From an uncultured virus (IMG/VR IMGVR_UViG_3300043094_000104) (lineage: Duplodnaviria; Heunggongvirae; Uroviricota; Caudoviricetes), in the IMG/VR virus record IMGVR_UViG_3300043094_000104: DNA of 64,000 nucleotides; one strand, 5' to 3'. Made by a program: the position numbers and the translations under genes. The notes beneath the pieces were generated by a model. That model ran no database searches and was not told where the DNA came from. It saw only the letters and a program-made list of their open reading frames with translations. Positions within the stretch are counted from its first letter, which is position 1, and every line of letters starts with the position of its first letter. Below are positions 19,848-30,218 of this stretch, piece by piece.

Positions 19848-20981
19848 TTAATTATTTGCATATCTTTCTAAAGTAGGTAATAAAATTCTTTTTAATTGTA
19901 GTTGATTCTTACCATCTAAAACACAACCTGAAGCAAATGGATGACCGCCACCGCCATATATAGAAGCTATTTTGGTTAAATCAATATCATCATAAACTCT
20001 TCTAAAATTAATACTTCCATATTTAAAAGATACATTGATTATATATTTAATATTAAATCTTGTATATATTTTTTTATTAATAATATCATTTTTAAGCATA
20101 TCACAAATTAAAGAAACATTATCATCACTTCTAATAATAATATATTGAATATCTGGATGAGTAAAACCATCTTCATCAATATGATCAAGAACTATTGAGG
20201 TATTTAATACTCTATTATATTCTTTATTAATACTTTCTAATGTTTCATTAATAATAGTTTTTTCAGTTTTATTAAATGAAAAAACTATACTTTCCTTTTG
20301 CACTTGCATTAAAAAGAACTTAGTTCTTTGCATATGTGAAAATAATAGATTTAAATCTCTAGCCATTAAATTATTATTATTTTTCCATTCAAATGTATCC
20401 CAGTCATTAACATTTTTTAAATAACTTTCTAACCAAGCTTTTTGATCATTTAATTTAGCATGTTCAAGACCTAATGTTGTATTAGTCCATTCAATTGATT
20501 GTCTATTAGCACAAAAGTTATATAATTGTAAACTAGCACAATTGGTCATATCATTAAAATATTCTATCTTATCAAATAAAGTAAATATTTTATCTCTAAA
20601 TGTTTTTTCACTATCTGCATGATGATCAATAAAAAATATCTTTTTAAATATACTTGAATAACCTTTATTAGGAGAATTTAAAAGAGTAGTAAATTTTTTA
20701 AAAGGATTTAATATATAATCTTCTAGATCTTTTCCTTTAAAGTTTAAATCAGTTATAAATAAATAATCATAAATTTTAGCACCATATTCATTATCAATAT
20801 CAAAGAATTCTTTAATCTTATCATAATCATTATAACTAATAAAGTCATAATTAAAATTAATATTTTTTGTATTATAAAATTTTTTAAATACTAATCCACA
20901 ACTAACTCCATCTAGATCATTATGAGTAAACACTTTAACTCTAATAGTTGATATATTAGAGATAGTTTCTATATCCCTCAT
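19848..20981 (-). CDS. DHH-family phosphoesterase (DHH/DHHA1)
   Basis: HNDLDG, ITD, IDHH, GGGGHPFASG; start MRDIE after SD AGGAGG. Confidence 0.9.
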   Translation of the reverse strand: MRDIETISNISTIRVKVFTHNDLDGVSCGLVFKKFYNTKNINFNYDFISYNDYDKIKEFFDIDNEYGAKIYDYLFITDLNFKGKDLEDYILNPFKKFTTLLNSPNKGYSSIFKKIFFIDHHADSEKTFRDKIFTLFDKIEYFNDMTNCASLQLYNFCANRQSIEWTNTTLGLEHAKLNDQKAWLESYLKNVNDWDTFEWKNNNNLMARDLNLLFSHMQRTKFFLMQVQKESIVFSFNKTEKTIINETLESINKEYNRVLNTSIVLDHIDEDGFTHPDIQYIIIRSDDNVSLICDMLKNDIINKKIYTRFNIKYIINVSFKYGSINFRRVYDDIDLTKIASIYGGGGHPFASGCVLDGKNQLQLKRILLPTLERYANN

Positions 20982-21750
20982 ATTCAAGTCCTCCTGTATT
21001 ATATAAAGAATTTGAATCAGATCCATTGAAAAATGGTTTATCAAATAATTCAACCGAAGTAGGTTTATCAACAGCTCTGACTACATCTTCTATTTTTAGA
21101 ATACAAGTTTGTTTCCTTATACCTAAATTAATAAATCCATTATTTTCAAAAAATCTAATTTTTGATTCTTCAGAAATATCTATTTCAGCCATATTAGCGG
21201 ATAAACTAGTTTTAGCCATCTTTAATAAATCTTTAGCAAATCCTAAACCACTATATTGTGAACTAACATCAAATTTAGTAATAATATTATTACCATTTCT
21301 ACTTTCTACTTCTACTTCTGCTATTTGATTATTAAAATTATCAAAAAATTTATAACCTTTAATTTTAATTCTATTAGACTTAGTAGTTCCACTATTATCA
21401 TTATAATAACTATTATAAGATGATTCATAACTTCTTCTATTAAAATCCAATAATTGCATAGGTTTCATACATTCTTCAAAAGAAGAAATTTTATTAGCAG
21501 TTTTATTAAGAGAAAACTGTCTTCCAGCAGATAATTGTTTAGCTTTAACTCTTGCAATTCCATTTTTTGTCATACCACTATATTTACCTGAATTTGTTGA
21601 TACTCTATTACTTGCTGATGGTGAAACTTCATATCCGCCTCTAGTTTTTGTTGGTCCGTTCACACCTGTAGATGTATGAACTGTTCTAACTCTTTTTATC
21701 TTAAACTTTGGACCTTCATTATATAATCTAAAACCAAAATCATTATACAT
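20956..21750 (-). CDS. GNAT-like acetyltransferase with N-terminal extension
   Basis: FDVSSQYSGLGFAKDLL acetyl-CoA motif A; IRFFENNGF. Confidence 0.65.
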   Translation of the reverse strand: MYNDFGFRLYNEGPKFKIKRVRTVHTSTGVNGPTKTRGGYEVSPSASNRVSTNSGKYSGMTKNGIARVKAKQLSAGRQFSLNKTANKISSFEECMKPMQLLDFNRRSYESSYNSYYNDNSGTTKSNRIKIKGYKFFDNFNNQIAEVEVESRNGNNIITKFDVSSQYSGLGFAKDLLKMAKTSLSANMAEIDISEESKIRFFENNGFINLGIRKQTCILKIEDVVRAVDKPTSVELFDKPFFNGSDSNSLYNTGGLEYEGYRNYL

Positions 21751-21884
21751 TTTATAATCATCTCCCTTTTTTAAATATTAATAACCTAATGTTTTTTAAT
21801 ATAAACTTATTAATTATTATATTTTTTAAAATTAAATTTAATAATTAATATTATATTATTAGGTTTTTAAAGGAGGTAAATTAA

Positions 21885-22559
21885 ATGAAATTAATGACTA
21901 TGAAGCAATTTTTACAAAATCCTTCAGGAAGTTATTCTGCAAGTTTTGCAAGAAGAGACCTTATCATAGCTAATTTAGAAGATAGATTTTATAAATTATA
22001 TAAAAAAAGAAAAAGTGATTTTAAAGTTAAAATCTTTAGAGGAACTAATAAAAATGATTATTTCTTTTATATTCAAGTTCCTAGTGAAAAATATGATAAA
22101 ATTAATTATGATGTTGTTATACAATTTCTTCCAGTAGATATGAATTCTTTATCATCTACTACAATAGATAAGTATGCAATTAAAGTATTTAGTAATAGTT
22201 TGAATTTTACGTTTACATACTGCTACTGGTACAATCAAGATGATATAGTTGTAACACAGTTAAAAGATAAATTTTCTCCAAAAGCTCTTAAAGATAAACC
22301 TGTCGTTAAAAATAATGAAGGTATTTATGGATTTGAGAAATCTTGTTATTTTGCTATGTTATATATAAAATATAATGAATTAAATAAAAAAGTAAATATA
22401 AATAAAGCTTTAGATACTACAATGACTATTCAAAAATTAAAACCAACAATAAAAAGTGCTAATTCTAAAATTATTGAATATAACATGACTAAAAAAGCTA
22501 ATGGTGATGAAAATAAGAAGAAAAAGCAAACATTAACTAATCAACCATTTAAGCTCTAA
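21885..22559 (+). CDS. Hypothetical phage protein
   Basis: 224-aa ORF, SD AAGGAGG. Confidence 0.75.
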   Translation: MKLMTMKQFLQNPSGSYSASFARRDLIIANLEDRFYKLYKKRKSDFKVKIFRGTNKNDYFFYIQVPSEKYDKINYDVVIQFLPVDMNSLSSTTIDKYAIKVFSNSLNFTFTYCYWYNQDDIVVTQLKDKFSPKALKDKPVVKNNEGIYGFEKSCYFAMLYIKYNELNKKVNINKALDTTMTIQKLKPTIKSANSKIIEYNMTKKANGDENKKKKQTLTNQPFKL

Positions 22560-22569
22560 GGAGAAAATA

Positions 22570-23487
22570 TTGAAAAAACTAAATTATGAAGATGTTAGAA
22601 ATTATATTAATTCTACAGGAGAAACTTTAATCTCTAAAGAATATATCAATTATAATTTTAAATTAAATATTAAATGTAATAAATGTGGTAATATATACGG
22701 TATGAATTTAACTAATTTTAAAAAAGGAAAACGTTGTAATAAATGTGCTAAGAACTTAAGAATAAAAAAGATGAAACTAAATTATGAAGATGTTAAATCT
22801 TTTATAAACTCTACAGGAGAAACTTTAATCTCAACTGAATATAATAATTGTAAAGAAAAATTAAATATTAAATGTAATAAATGTGGTAATATTTATTCTA
22901 TTAGATTTTGTAATTTTAAACAGGGTAATAGATGTAATAAATGTTCTATCAAAGAAAGAAATGATAATAATAAACTTCTTTATGAAGATGTTAGAAATTA
23001 TATTAATTCCACAGGAGAAGAATTAATTTCTAAAGAATATAAAGGTTGTAAAACTTCTTTACAAGTTAAATGTAAAAAATGTAATAAAATTTATAAAGTT
23101 CGTTTTAATGATTTTAAACAAGGAAATAGATGTTCTTATTGTAAAGCTTCAAAAGGTGAAGAACGAATTAGAACATGGCTTGAAAATAATCATTATACTT
23201 TTGAAGAACAATATAAATTTGATGATTGTAAATATAAACGTTATTTGCCATTTGATTTTAAATTAGAAGATAAGAATGGTAAAATAATTTTAATAGAATA
23301 TGATGGAATACAACATTATCAAGAATCTTTTTATGGTAATAATTTAAAAGAACAGAAAAAGAGAGATTCCATCAAAGACGATTATTGTAATTCACATGAT
23401 AATATTGATTTATATAGAATTCCTTATACGGAATTTAATAACATAGATTCTATTCTTAAAGATATTTTTAATAAATATATATTATAA
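22570..23487 (+). CDS. Putative homing endonuclease: 3 CxxC...CxxC repeats + Vsr/EDxHD-like nuclease
   Basis: KCNKCG...RCNKC repeats; SKGE, LPFDF, IEYDGIQH. Confidence 0.8.
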   Translation: MKKLNYEDVRNYINSTGETLISKEYINYNFKLNIKCNKCGNIYGMNLTNFKKGKRCNKCAKNLRIKKMKLNYEDVKSFINSTGETLISTEYNNCKEKLNIKCNKCGNIYSIRFCNFKQGNRCNKCSIKERNDNNKLLYEDVRNYINSTGEELISKEYKGCKTSLQVKCKKCNKIYKVRFNDFKQGNRCSYCKASKGEERIRTWLENNHYTFEEQYKFDDCKYKRYLPFDFKLEDKNGKIILIEYDGIQHYQESFYGNNLKEQKKRDSIKDDYCNSHDNIDLYRIPYTEFNNIDSILKDIFNKYIL

Positions 23488-23541
23488 ATATGTCTTTGAG
23501 GACAAAATATATTTTAAAAGTTTTTTATAGGAGGAAAACTA

Positions 23542-25041
23542 ATGGCAACTAAAGGATTGACTAATGAGGAATTAATCGAAAAGTACGACCAACCATTAAC
23601 TAAAAATGAGGAGGGCATGTATGAATTTGCTGTATATGACCAAGAGAGTCATTGTATTATCATTAAATTCGATAAGATATTTAATAGAGATAGTATAAAA
23701 CAGCATAACATTTTCAAGATACAGCATAAAAGATATTATTCAGAAGGAACAGCTAATAGCTCAACTAAGCCAATGTTACCAACAATCTGTAATGATATTA
23801 ATTATGTAATGAATCAAAATAATGATTCAATTAGATCTTATGCTTTATTTAGTACTAAAATAGCTCTTAAAGATAAGAAACCATATGAATTAGAAACGTT
23901 TAAAGAAGATGTTTACAAATTTATTGATGATATCAAAGTAGATATTGTAAATTACGTAGAAAGTAATTATGAACTTGATTTATCTGAAACTAATGAAAAG
24001 ATTAATACAGATCTTCAAGTTACTGATGAAATGAATAAAATTTTCGTTGAATCAGCAGTAGCAATGAGAATTGTTATTCCAATTATTTGTGACTATACTT
24101 TAAATAATAAAATTGATGGAATATTCTATGATATTTTTAGAACTATAATGATTAAATTCACGCAGCTAAATGAAGAAAAGAATAATCCTTTAACAAAATT
24201 AAGATCAGTAGTTCGTTCAAGAGTTGAACAGACAAAATATGCTAATAAAAAGATTTGGAAGTTTATTAGTAATTATACTACTGATATGAAATTAATTTGT
24301 GAAGAATTTAATGTACAATTAATTGAAAGTATTATTCCAAAGTTAGATATTAATAGATCTGCGATTAAATATATTGACGTAGTCTTAAGAAAAAAGCTTG
24401 ACTTTGCATTTACATTTAATTTTACGTTTGAGTTTAGACCATTAAGAAATCTTGAAAATGATGATGATACTGATGAAAGAGATAGACTTAATGAAACAAT
24501 CTTCACAAATAGAAAGAATGAAGGACAATTAGTTCTTAATAAGTTAACTATTAAACAACATATCAGTCAGTATATTTATGATAATGATATTACTGATGAT
24601 ATTATTGATGAATTTAAAACTAATGTTCTTAAGAATAAGAATCTTAATAATATTCAAAATTATTTCTTATTCATAACATTTGGAAAGATCTTTGAAGTAA
24701 ATGTTGCAACTGAAAAAGATCGTGTAATACTTCTTCATGAATTAATCCATGATTTAGAAGAAGATGGATTTATTGAACTTCCAAAGATTCTTAAATCAAC
24801 AGTTGAAAATGAAATTGACATTAGAAACAAAGTTGGTGGAAAGAAGCTTAAGAGTCAAGATGGATTTTTAAAGATTATTAAAAAGTATGAAGATGTTGTA
24901 GATATTATTGATAATGATAATTTTATCATTAAGATGATTTCATTCAAAAATTATAGATATCTCGATGACGAAGATAATCAGATTATTATTAATCCTAATA
25001 ATTATGAAAGAGAAGTAATTAGCTTTATTCTAGCACTTTAA
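23542..25041 (+). CDS. Possible sigma-like promoter-specificity subunit of non-virion RNAP (phiKZ gp68/AR9 gp226 type)
   Basis: About 500 aa, apparently helical; AVAMRIVIPIICDY is reminiscent of that family; recalled resemblance only. Confidence 0.4.
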   Translation: MATKGLTNEELIEKYDQPLTKNEEGMYEFAVYDQESHCIIIKFDKIFNRDSIKQHNIFKIQHKRYYSEGTANSSTKPMLPTICNDINYVMNQNNDSIRSYALFSTKIALKDKKPYELETFKEDVYKFIDDIKVDIVNYVESNYELDLSETNEKINTDLQVTDEMNKIFVESAVAMRIVIPIICDYTLNNKIDGIFYDIFRTIMIKFTQLNEEKNNPLTKLRSVVRSRVEQTKYANKKIWKFISNYTTDMKLICEEFNVQLIESIIPKLDINRSAIKYIDVVLRKKLDFAFTFNFTFEFRPLRNLENDDDTDERDRLNETIFTNRKNEGQLVLNKLTIKQHISQYIYDNDITDDIIDEFKTNVLKNKNLNNIQNYFLFITFGKIFEVNVATEKDRVILLHELIHDLEEDGFIELPKILKSTVENEIDIRNKVGGKKLKSQDGFLKIIKKYEDVVDIIDNDNFIIKMISFKNYRYLDDEDNQIIINPNNYEREVISFILAL

Positions 25042-25113
25042 TTTTAATAAATATTCCTTAAGGTTTTATAAATAAAAACCTTAAGGAATAAATTTTTATA
25101 TGGAGGTGAAAAA

Positions 25114-26148
25114 ATGATAAATAATAATTATGATTTTACAGTATATGAATATTTAAAAAAGAATATTAAACTATGTTATTTAACTACTGATAAATCTGAA
25201 ACTTATATAAGATGTCCTTATTGTGGTGATAGTACAAATCTTAATCATGCTCATTTATATATTAATAATCAACCACCATTTAAATACTTTTGTCAAAAAT
25301 GTTCTGTAACAGGAATTGTTGATAATAAGTTCTTAAGAGATATTGATTTATATGATCCTGAAGTTATTAATTATGTAGTTCAAAGTAAAAATAATTATAT
25401 TAAAAATCTTAATAAAAAATATGGTAATAACTTCTTAGAAATATTTAATAAAAATTTTGATGTATTACCAAACCAATATAATAAAAAAGAATTAGAAAAA
25501 ATAAAATATATTAATAATAGACTAGGTATAAATATTAATGAAGAAAGTCTTATAGAAAAATATAAGATAATCTTAAATATTGAAGACTTCTTTAACAATA
25601 ATAAACTTCAAATGAATCAATTCTATAAGAAAAATTTATCTAAGTTAGAAAATAATTATGTAGGATTCTTATTAAATGATAATAATATGATTTGCTTTAG
25701 AGATATTACTGGTAAACAAAATGAAAGATATATTAATAAAAAAATATATAGTGAGAATATATTGCAAAGTAGAAAATTCTATACTATAGGAAATGAAATA
25801 AATCTTTCAAGAGAAGTTTATAATATTTATTTAGCCGAAGGAATCTTTGACATATTAGGTATATTTAATCATTTATATGATTGTAAACAAAATGATAATG
25901 ACTTATTTATATCATGTAATGGAAAATCTTATAACTTTGTATTAAAATATCTTCAAACATTAGGAATTCTTAATTGTAATATTAATATATTTTCTGATAA
26001 AGATGTTTCAAAGAAAAAGATAATTGAACTATTACATGGAAATTATCTTACAAAATTTAATGGTGTTACTTTATATTATAATAATATTGGAAAGGATTAT
26101 GGTGTTACTAAATTGGAAATAGAATTATCCAATCCAATTGAAATTTAG
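25114..26148 (+). CDS. DNA primase (zinc-binding + TOPRIM)
   Basis: RCPYCGDS...HLY...CQKC; YLAEGIFD; FSDKD; KDYG. Confidence 0.8.
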   Translation: MINNNYDFTVYEYLKKNIKLCYLTTDKSETYIRCPYCGDSTNLNHAHLYINNQPPFKYFCQKCSVTGIVDNKFLRDIDLYDPEVINYVVQSKNNYIKNLNKKYGNNFLEIFNKNFDVLPNQYNKKELEKIKYINNRLGININEESLIEKYKIILNIEDFFNNNKLQMNQFYKKNLSKLENNYVGFLLNDNNMICFRDITGKQNERYINKKIYSENILQSRKFYTIGNEINLSREVYNIYLAEGIFDILGIFNHLYDCKQNDNDLFISCNGKSYNFVLKYLQTLGILNCNINIFSDKDVSKKKIIELLHGNYLTKFNGVTLYYNNIGKDYGVTKLEIELSNPIEI

Positions 26149-26160
26149 GAGGAAATATAA

Positions 26161-27255
26161 ATGATTGAAAATATAGAAAAAATTCTAAATGCTAAGAAAA
26201 TCCGTTATGAATATATGGATAATTTATTTAGAAAATATAAGAGTGTATTAGCTGAAGGTTCTGTAATAAATATATTTATAGACTTAGCTTCTACAATCAA
26301 ACAATTATATAACCCTGAAAGCATTAAAGGACTTTCAGGTATTGTAAATAAAAAGGATAAATATGCAATATCTTCTATATTATTGAATATGATTGGACAT
26401 TATAGACATTACTTTGCAAGTAGACATAGATGTTATACTAATATAATATTCATGTATAATTCAAAGATTGATAATCAGATTAAAGATATTAATCCAGATT
26501 ATAAAAAGACTTATTATGAAAAAAGATTCTTACTAGATAATCCAGTATTTAGTGATTTAAATCTATTATTAAAGGATAATTATAAGATGATGAAAACAAT
26601 TATTGAATATCTACCAAATGTTTCTTTTGCAGATAGTTCATATTGTGATTATCGTAGTATATTTCCTTTTATGATTGAAAAAGAAGAATTTAAAAATAAT
26701 CTAAATATTATATTAACTACAGATAAACAAATGTATCAGAATACTTTACTAGGAGAAACTATTATATTAGAACCTAGAGGAGATAAATCTCGCATTATTA
26801 CTTCTAATTATATTATTAAGATTTTATTAGGTAAAAGTAAAACTATTGAAAAACATCCTGATTATTTAACAATTAATCCAGAAAATGTTATATTAATTGA
26901 AAGTCTTATATCCCATAAAGATTTAGATACAACTGGTATAAAGAACTTTAGTTATTTAAAAGCAGTAGCTTTTTTATGTAAAAATAATATTGATATTAAT
27001 AAAATTATATTTAATATTGCTTCTATTAATGAATTATTTAAAGATATTTTAACTGAAGAAGAGTTAAATAAAGTTATTGAAAATTTTAAAATATATAATA
27101 ACTTTTATTTAGCTTCAAAATATGAAAATGATTTAAATATTATGTATCCATCATTTATAAAGTCTATTAATGATTATTCAGAATTAAAGAAAGTTAATGA
27201 AACTTTATATTCTAAAAATCCATTAACATTAGATTTCTTCTTTGATGGGGAATAA
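26161..27255 (+). CDS. Possible 5'-3' exonuclease/flap-nuclease-like (PIN fold) protein
   Basis: NIFIDL, IILTTDKQMYQ, TGIKNF; next to primase. Confidence 0.45.
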   Translation: MIENIEKILNAKKIRYEYMDNLFRKYKSVLAEGSVINIFIDLASTIKQLYNPESIKGLSGIVNKKDKYAISSILLNMIGHYRHYFASRHRCYTNIIFMYNSKIDNQIKDINPDYKKTYYEKRFLLDNPVFSDLNLLLKDNYKMMKTIIEYLPNVSFADSSYCDYRSIFPFMIEKEEFKNNLNIILTTDKQMYQNTLLGETIILEPRGDKSRIITSNYIIKILLGKSKTIEKHPDYLTINPENVILIESLISHKDLDTTGIKNFSYLKAVAFLCKNNIDINKIIFNIASINELFKDILTEEELNKVIENFKIYNNFYLASKYENDLNIMYPSFIKSINDYSELKKVNETLYSKNPLTLDFFFDGE

Positions 27256-27310
27256 AATTTTAAATTTTATAAATAATAATTAATTATTAATTTTCAAGGA
27301 GGAATCTATT

Positions 27311-27652
27311 ATGATTATTAAAAGTGGTAAATTGTATCGACATTTTAAAGGCGGTATTTATAAGGTAGTCTGTGTTGGATACCATTCAGAAACTAATGAA
27401 AAGATGGTAGTTTATAAGGATATTGAATCTAATAAAGTTTGTATTAGACCTTATGACATGTTTACTTCTGATGTAGATAAGGAAAAGTATCCTAATGTAA
27501 AACAGAAGAAGAGATTTGAAAGAATCAAGAAAAGCCGTAAGCTAACAAAAAAATTCCGTGATCATTCTTGTTCTGATTTTGATATTTCGGAAAATTCTAA
27601 TAAGAAATTTTATGAATCAGGAATTCAGGATGGTAAAAATCTCCTAAAGTGA
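27311..27652 (+). CDS. DUF1653 family protein
   Basis: YRHFKGGIYKV...HSETNEKMVVY...RPYDMF...RF. Confidence 0.9.
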   Translation: MIIKSGKLYRHFKGGIYKVVCVGYHSETNEKMVVYKDIESNKVCIRPYDMFTSDVDKEKYPNVKQKKRFERIKKSRKLTKKFRDHSCSDFDISENSNKKFYESGIQDGKNLLK

Positions 27653-27763
27653 TTTAATAAAAATGACCCATAAGAGTCAAGAACTCTTATGGGTTATATA
27701 TATAAAAACATTCTTAGGAGGAATAACTTATATAAATTAATGTTATTATAAAGGAGAAATATT

Positions 27764-28048
27764 ATGATAATTAAGTATAAAATGATTGATACTGATATAA
27801 AGGACATTGAAAAGGTTATGAGTTATATTAATACAGATATTGATAATCTTTATCTAGTTCAGGGAGTTAAAGATAAAAGCTTAGAAACATATAAGGTTTT
27901 CTTAAAAGAAAATGATCTTGAATATTGTAGAAATTTCTCTGGATATTCATTTGTAAAATATAAAGGAGATAGTTACTTAGTAAGTAAAGACTTCTTAAAT
28001 GATTTTCAAATAATTGACAGATTACTTAAAAGAAACTATGTGGGGTGA
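27764..28048 (+). CDS. Hypothetical protein
   Basis: 94-aa ORF, SD AAGGAG. Confidence 0.7.
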   Translation: MIIKYKMIDTDIKDIEKVMSYINTDIDNLYLVQGVKDKSLETYKVFLKENDLEYCRNFSGYSFVKYKGDSYLVSKDFLNDFQIIDRLLKRNYVG

Positions 28049-28563
28049 GAAACATGAACTATTCTAAAATTTATTATACAGATGTTATTAATGGAGATGG
28101 ACTAAGAGTATCTCTATTCGTTAGTGGATGTACAATTCATTGTAAAGGTTGTTTTAATGAAGATGCTTGGGAGTTTAATTCTGGAAGAGTCTTTACAGAT
28201 TTTGAAAAAGATTTAATTTTGGACCAAGTATTTAATACTAAAATTTATTACAGTGGAATTTCATTACTTGGTGGAGAACCATTAGATAATATTATAGGTT
28301 TATTACCATTAATGGAAGAATTTAGATTAAGAAATTTAACTGACAATAAGAATGTATGGATTTGGACTGGCTATACTTTAGAACAGATTGAAGAGAATCC
28401 TAATATGAAAAATTTCTTATTAAAATATTGTAATAAAGCAGTTATTGGACCTTTTATTGAAGAACAAAAGGATTTAAACCTAAAATTTAGAGGTAGTAAA
28501 AATCAAAAAGTTTATACTATTGATAAAGAAAATAAAACATTTTTAGCTGATAACAATTATTAA
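28045..28563 (+). CDS. nrdG: Anaerobic ribonucleotide reductase activating enzyme
   Basis: NGDGLRVSLFVSGCTIHCKGCFN radical-SAM motif, LLGGEP, WTGY, FRGSKNQ. Confidence 0.95.
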   Translation: MRNMNYSKIYYTDVINGDGLRVSLFVSGCTIHCKGCFNEDAWEFNSGRVFTDFEKDLILDQVFNTKIYYSGISLLGGEPLDNIIGLLPLMEEFRLRNLTDNKNVWIWTGYTLEQIEENPNMKNFLLKYCNKAVIGPFIEEQKDLNLKFRGSKNQKVYTIDKENKTFLADNNY

Positions 28564-28616
28564 ATTTATATTATATCAATGTATAAAAATAAATTATTTT
28601 GGAGGAATTTTATATA

Positions 28617-29174
28617 ATGAGTAATATTATGAGAGATATTTATGTGACACACGGTGATAAGACAATTAAATTTGGTACATATCTTTTCAAAAGTGAAAGT
28701 TATGATGAAAATGTTAATAAGCTACTTTTAAGTAATCAGCTTTCTGTTGAAGGCTTTTTAAAATATATAGAGAATGAAGAAACTCAGAAGATTATTAAAA
28801 CTAAAGTAGATCAAACTGGTAATTCAGCTTTATATGATAAATTAAAAGATGAAATTAAAACTAAAGTTATTAATTATTTTCATAAATATAGAAATAGAAT
28901 CTTTAAAGAAAGTTATAGATACCAAAAAGTAAGATTTGAAAGAAATTTTCCTTTTGAGAAATATACTTACTATATTGATTATTGTCGTTATTATACTGAA
29001 AGATCTCTTCCAGAAAACTTTAAGATTTTAATTCCTGCTAATAGTTTTTATTACCTTAAAGTCACTGATGGAATTGTTAATAAAGTAATTCGTAAATATT
29101 CAAGTGATAGAAATAATTATAGAGAATATACTCCTCTAAGTGACAATCTTGAATATTTTAAAGTTGCTTATTAA
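28617..29174 (+). CDS. Hypothetical protein
   Basis: ATG after SD GGAGG. Confidence 0.7.
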   Translation: MSNIMRDIYVTHGDKTIKFGTYLFKSESYDENVNKLLLSNQLSVEGFLKYIENEETQKIIKTKVDQTGNSALYDKLKDEIKTKVINYFHKYRNRIFKESYRYQKVRFERNFPFEKYTYYIDYCRYYTERSLPENFKILIPANSFYYLKVTDGIVNKVIRKYSSDRNNYREYTPLSDNLEYFKVAY

Positions 29175-29224
29175 TTTAAATAAAGAGAATAGCTAAATAA
29201 ATAGCTATTCTCTTTATTTTTTTT

Positions 29225-29848
29225 TTAGGCTTTAATAATAGATTCATCAAATTCATTATTATTCATATCTATTAATTTATTATAATTCTCTTTAATATCT
29301 TCTGAAATATAACCTTCATATTTATTTACAAAAGCATTTATATCTCCAAATATACTTTCTAATTTAATAAATATTTTTCCAGCATGAACTAATTCATGAG
29401 CAGTCTTTGATAATTTTACTAGACCAACTTGATTTAATTCATGAAGCTTTAATACTTCATAAGCAATATCTAAAGAAGTAAAATTTTCATTATTCATTAA
29501 TCTTTTATTAATACAAATTTCTACAATATCATAAAGAGTAAAAGGATAATGATGAAATTCAAATGTAACTCCATCAATACTATCTGAAAGATTTCCAAAT
29601 ATAGCACAATTATGTATACCTATTTCATTATTTAAATGACCTATATAGGTTTTATATTCATTAGACATTCTTATTTGTCTTTCAATATTCTTTATAAACA
29701 TTTTCATTTCTTTACTATCAGACCATTGATTAAAATAAAAACTTCCAATAATATTTTTACTATCACCTTTTCTGGCAATTACTACATCATTATCTTTATT
29801 CATAGAAATTATATTATTAACCTCATTAGGTTTATTAATCTGTTTCAT
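29225..29848 (-). CDS. HNH-like protein
   Basis: CAI...EFHHYP...LSKTAHELVH; start MKQIN after SD AAGGAG. Confidence 0.5.
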   Translation of the reverse strand: MKQINKPNEVNNIISMNKDNDVVIARKGDSKNIIGSFYFNQWSDSKEMKMFIKNIERQIRMSNEYKTYIGHLNNEIGIHNCAIFGNLSDSIDGVTFEFHHYPFTLYDIVEICINKRLMNNENFTSLDIAYEVLKLHELNQVGLVKLSKTAHELVHAGKIFIKLESIFGDINAFVNKYEGYISEDIKENYNKLIDMNNNEFDESIIKA

Positions 29849-29908
29849 TTTGTATGCTCCTTTATATAAAATTAAGAGAATGACTAATAATTTAGTCATT
29901 CTCCTTTT

Positions 29909-30218
29909 TTAGAATCTATACTTAAAATAATTATCCATATTACTAACCACAGAATTCTTTAAGAATAATTTAAGAGTTTCATTACCTTCTTTAATTGAAA
30001 GTAATTTATTAGCTCTATCTACTTCTACATTTGAATAATCTTCATTAATATTAAAATTAAGAGATTCACAAATAGCATTAATTCTTCTATCTTCCTTAGT
30101 TACATATTCTGCTAAATCAGCCATATTAAAATTAATAAGACCTTCATTAAGCACATTATTATCATATGACTCAGAAATAGTTCTAGTCATATAAGCTTTA
30201 TCATGTGATGGAATAGTT
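29909..30218 (-). CDS. Prohead protease exon 2
   Basis: Splicing restores DWV-TIPSHDKAY; reads on into the 93-aa ORF in the track. Confidence 0.9.

Noticed and set aside
29909..30190. Stand-alone 93-aa gene
   Set aside because: It is the distal part of protease exon 2
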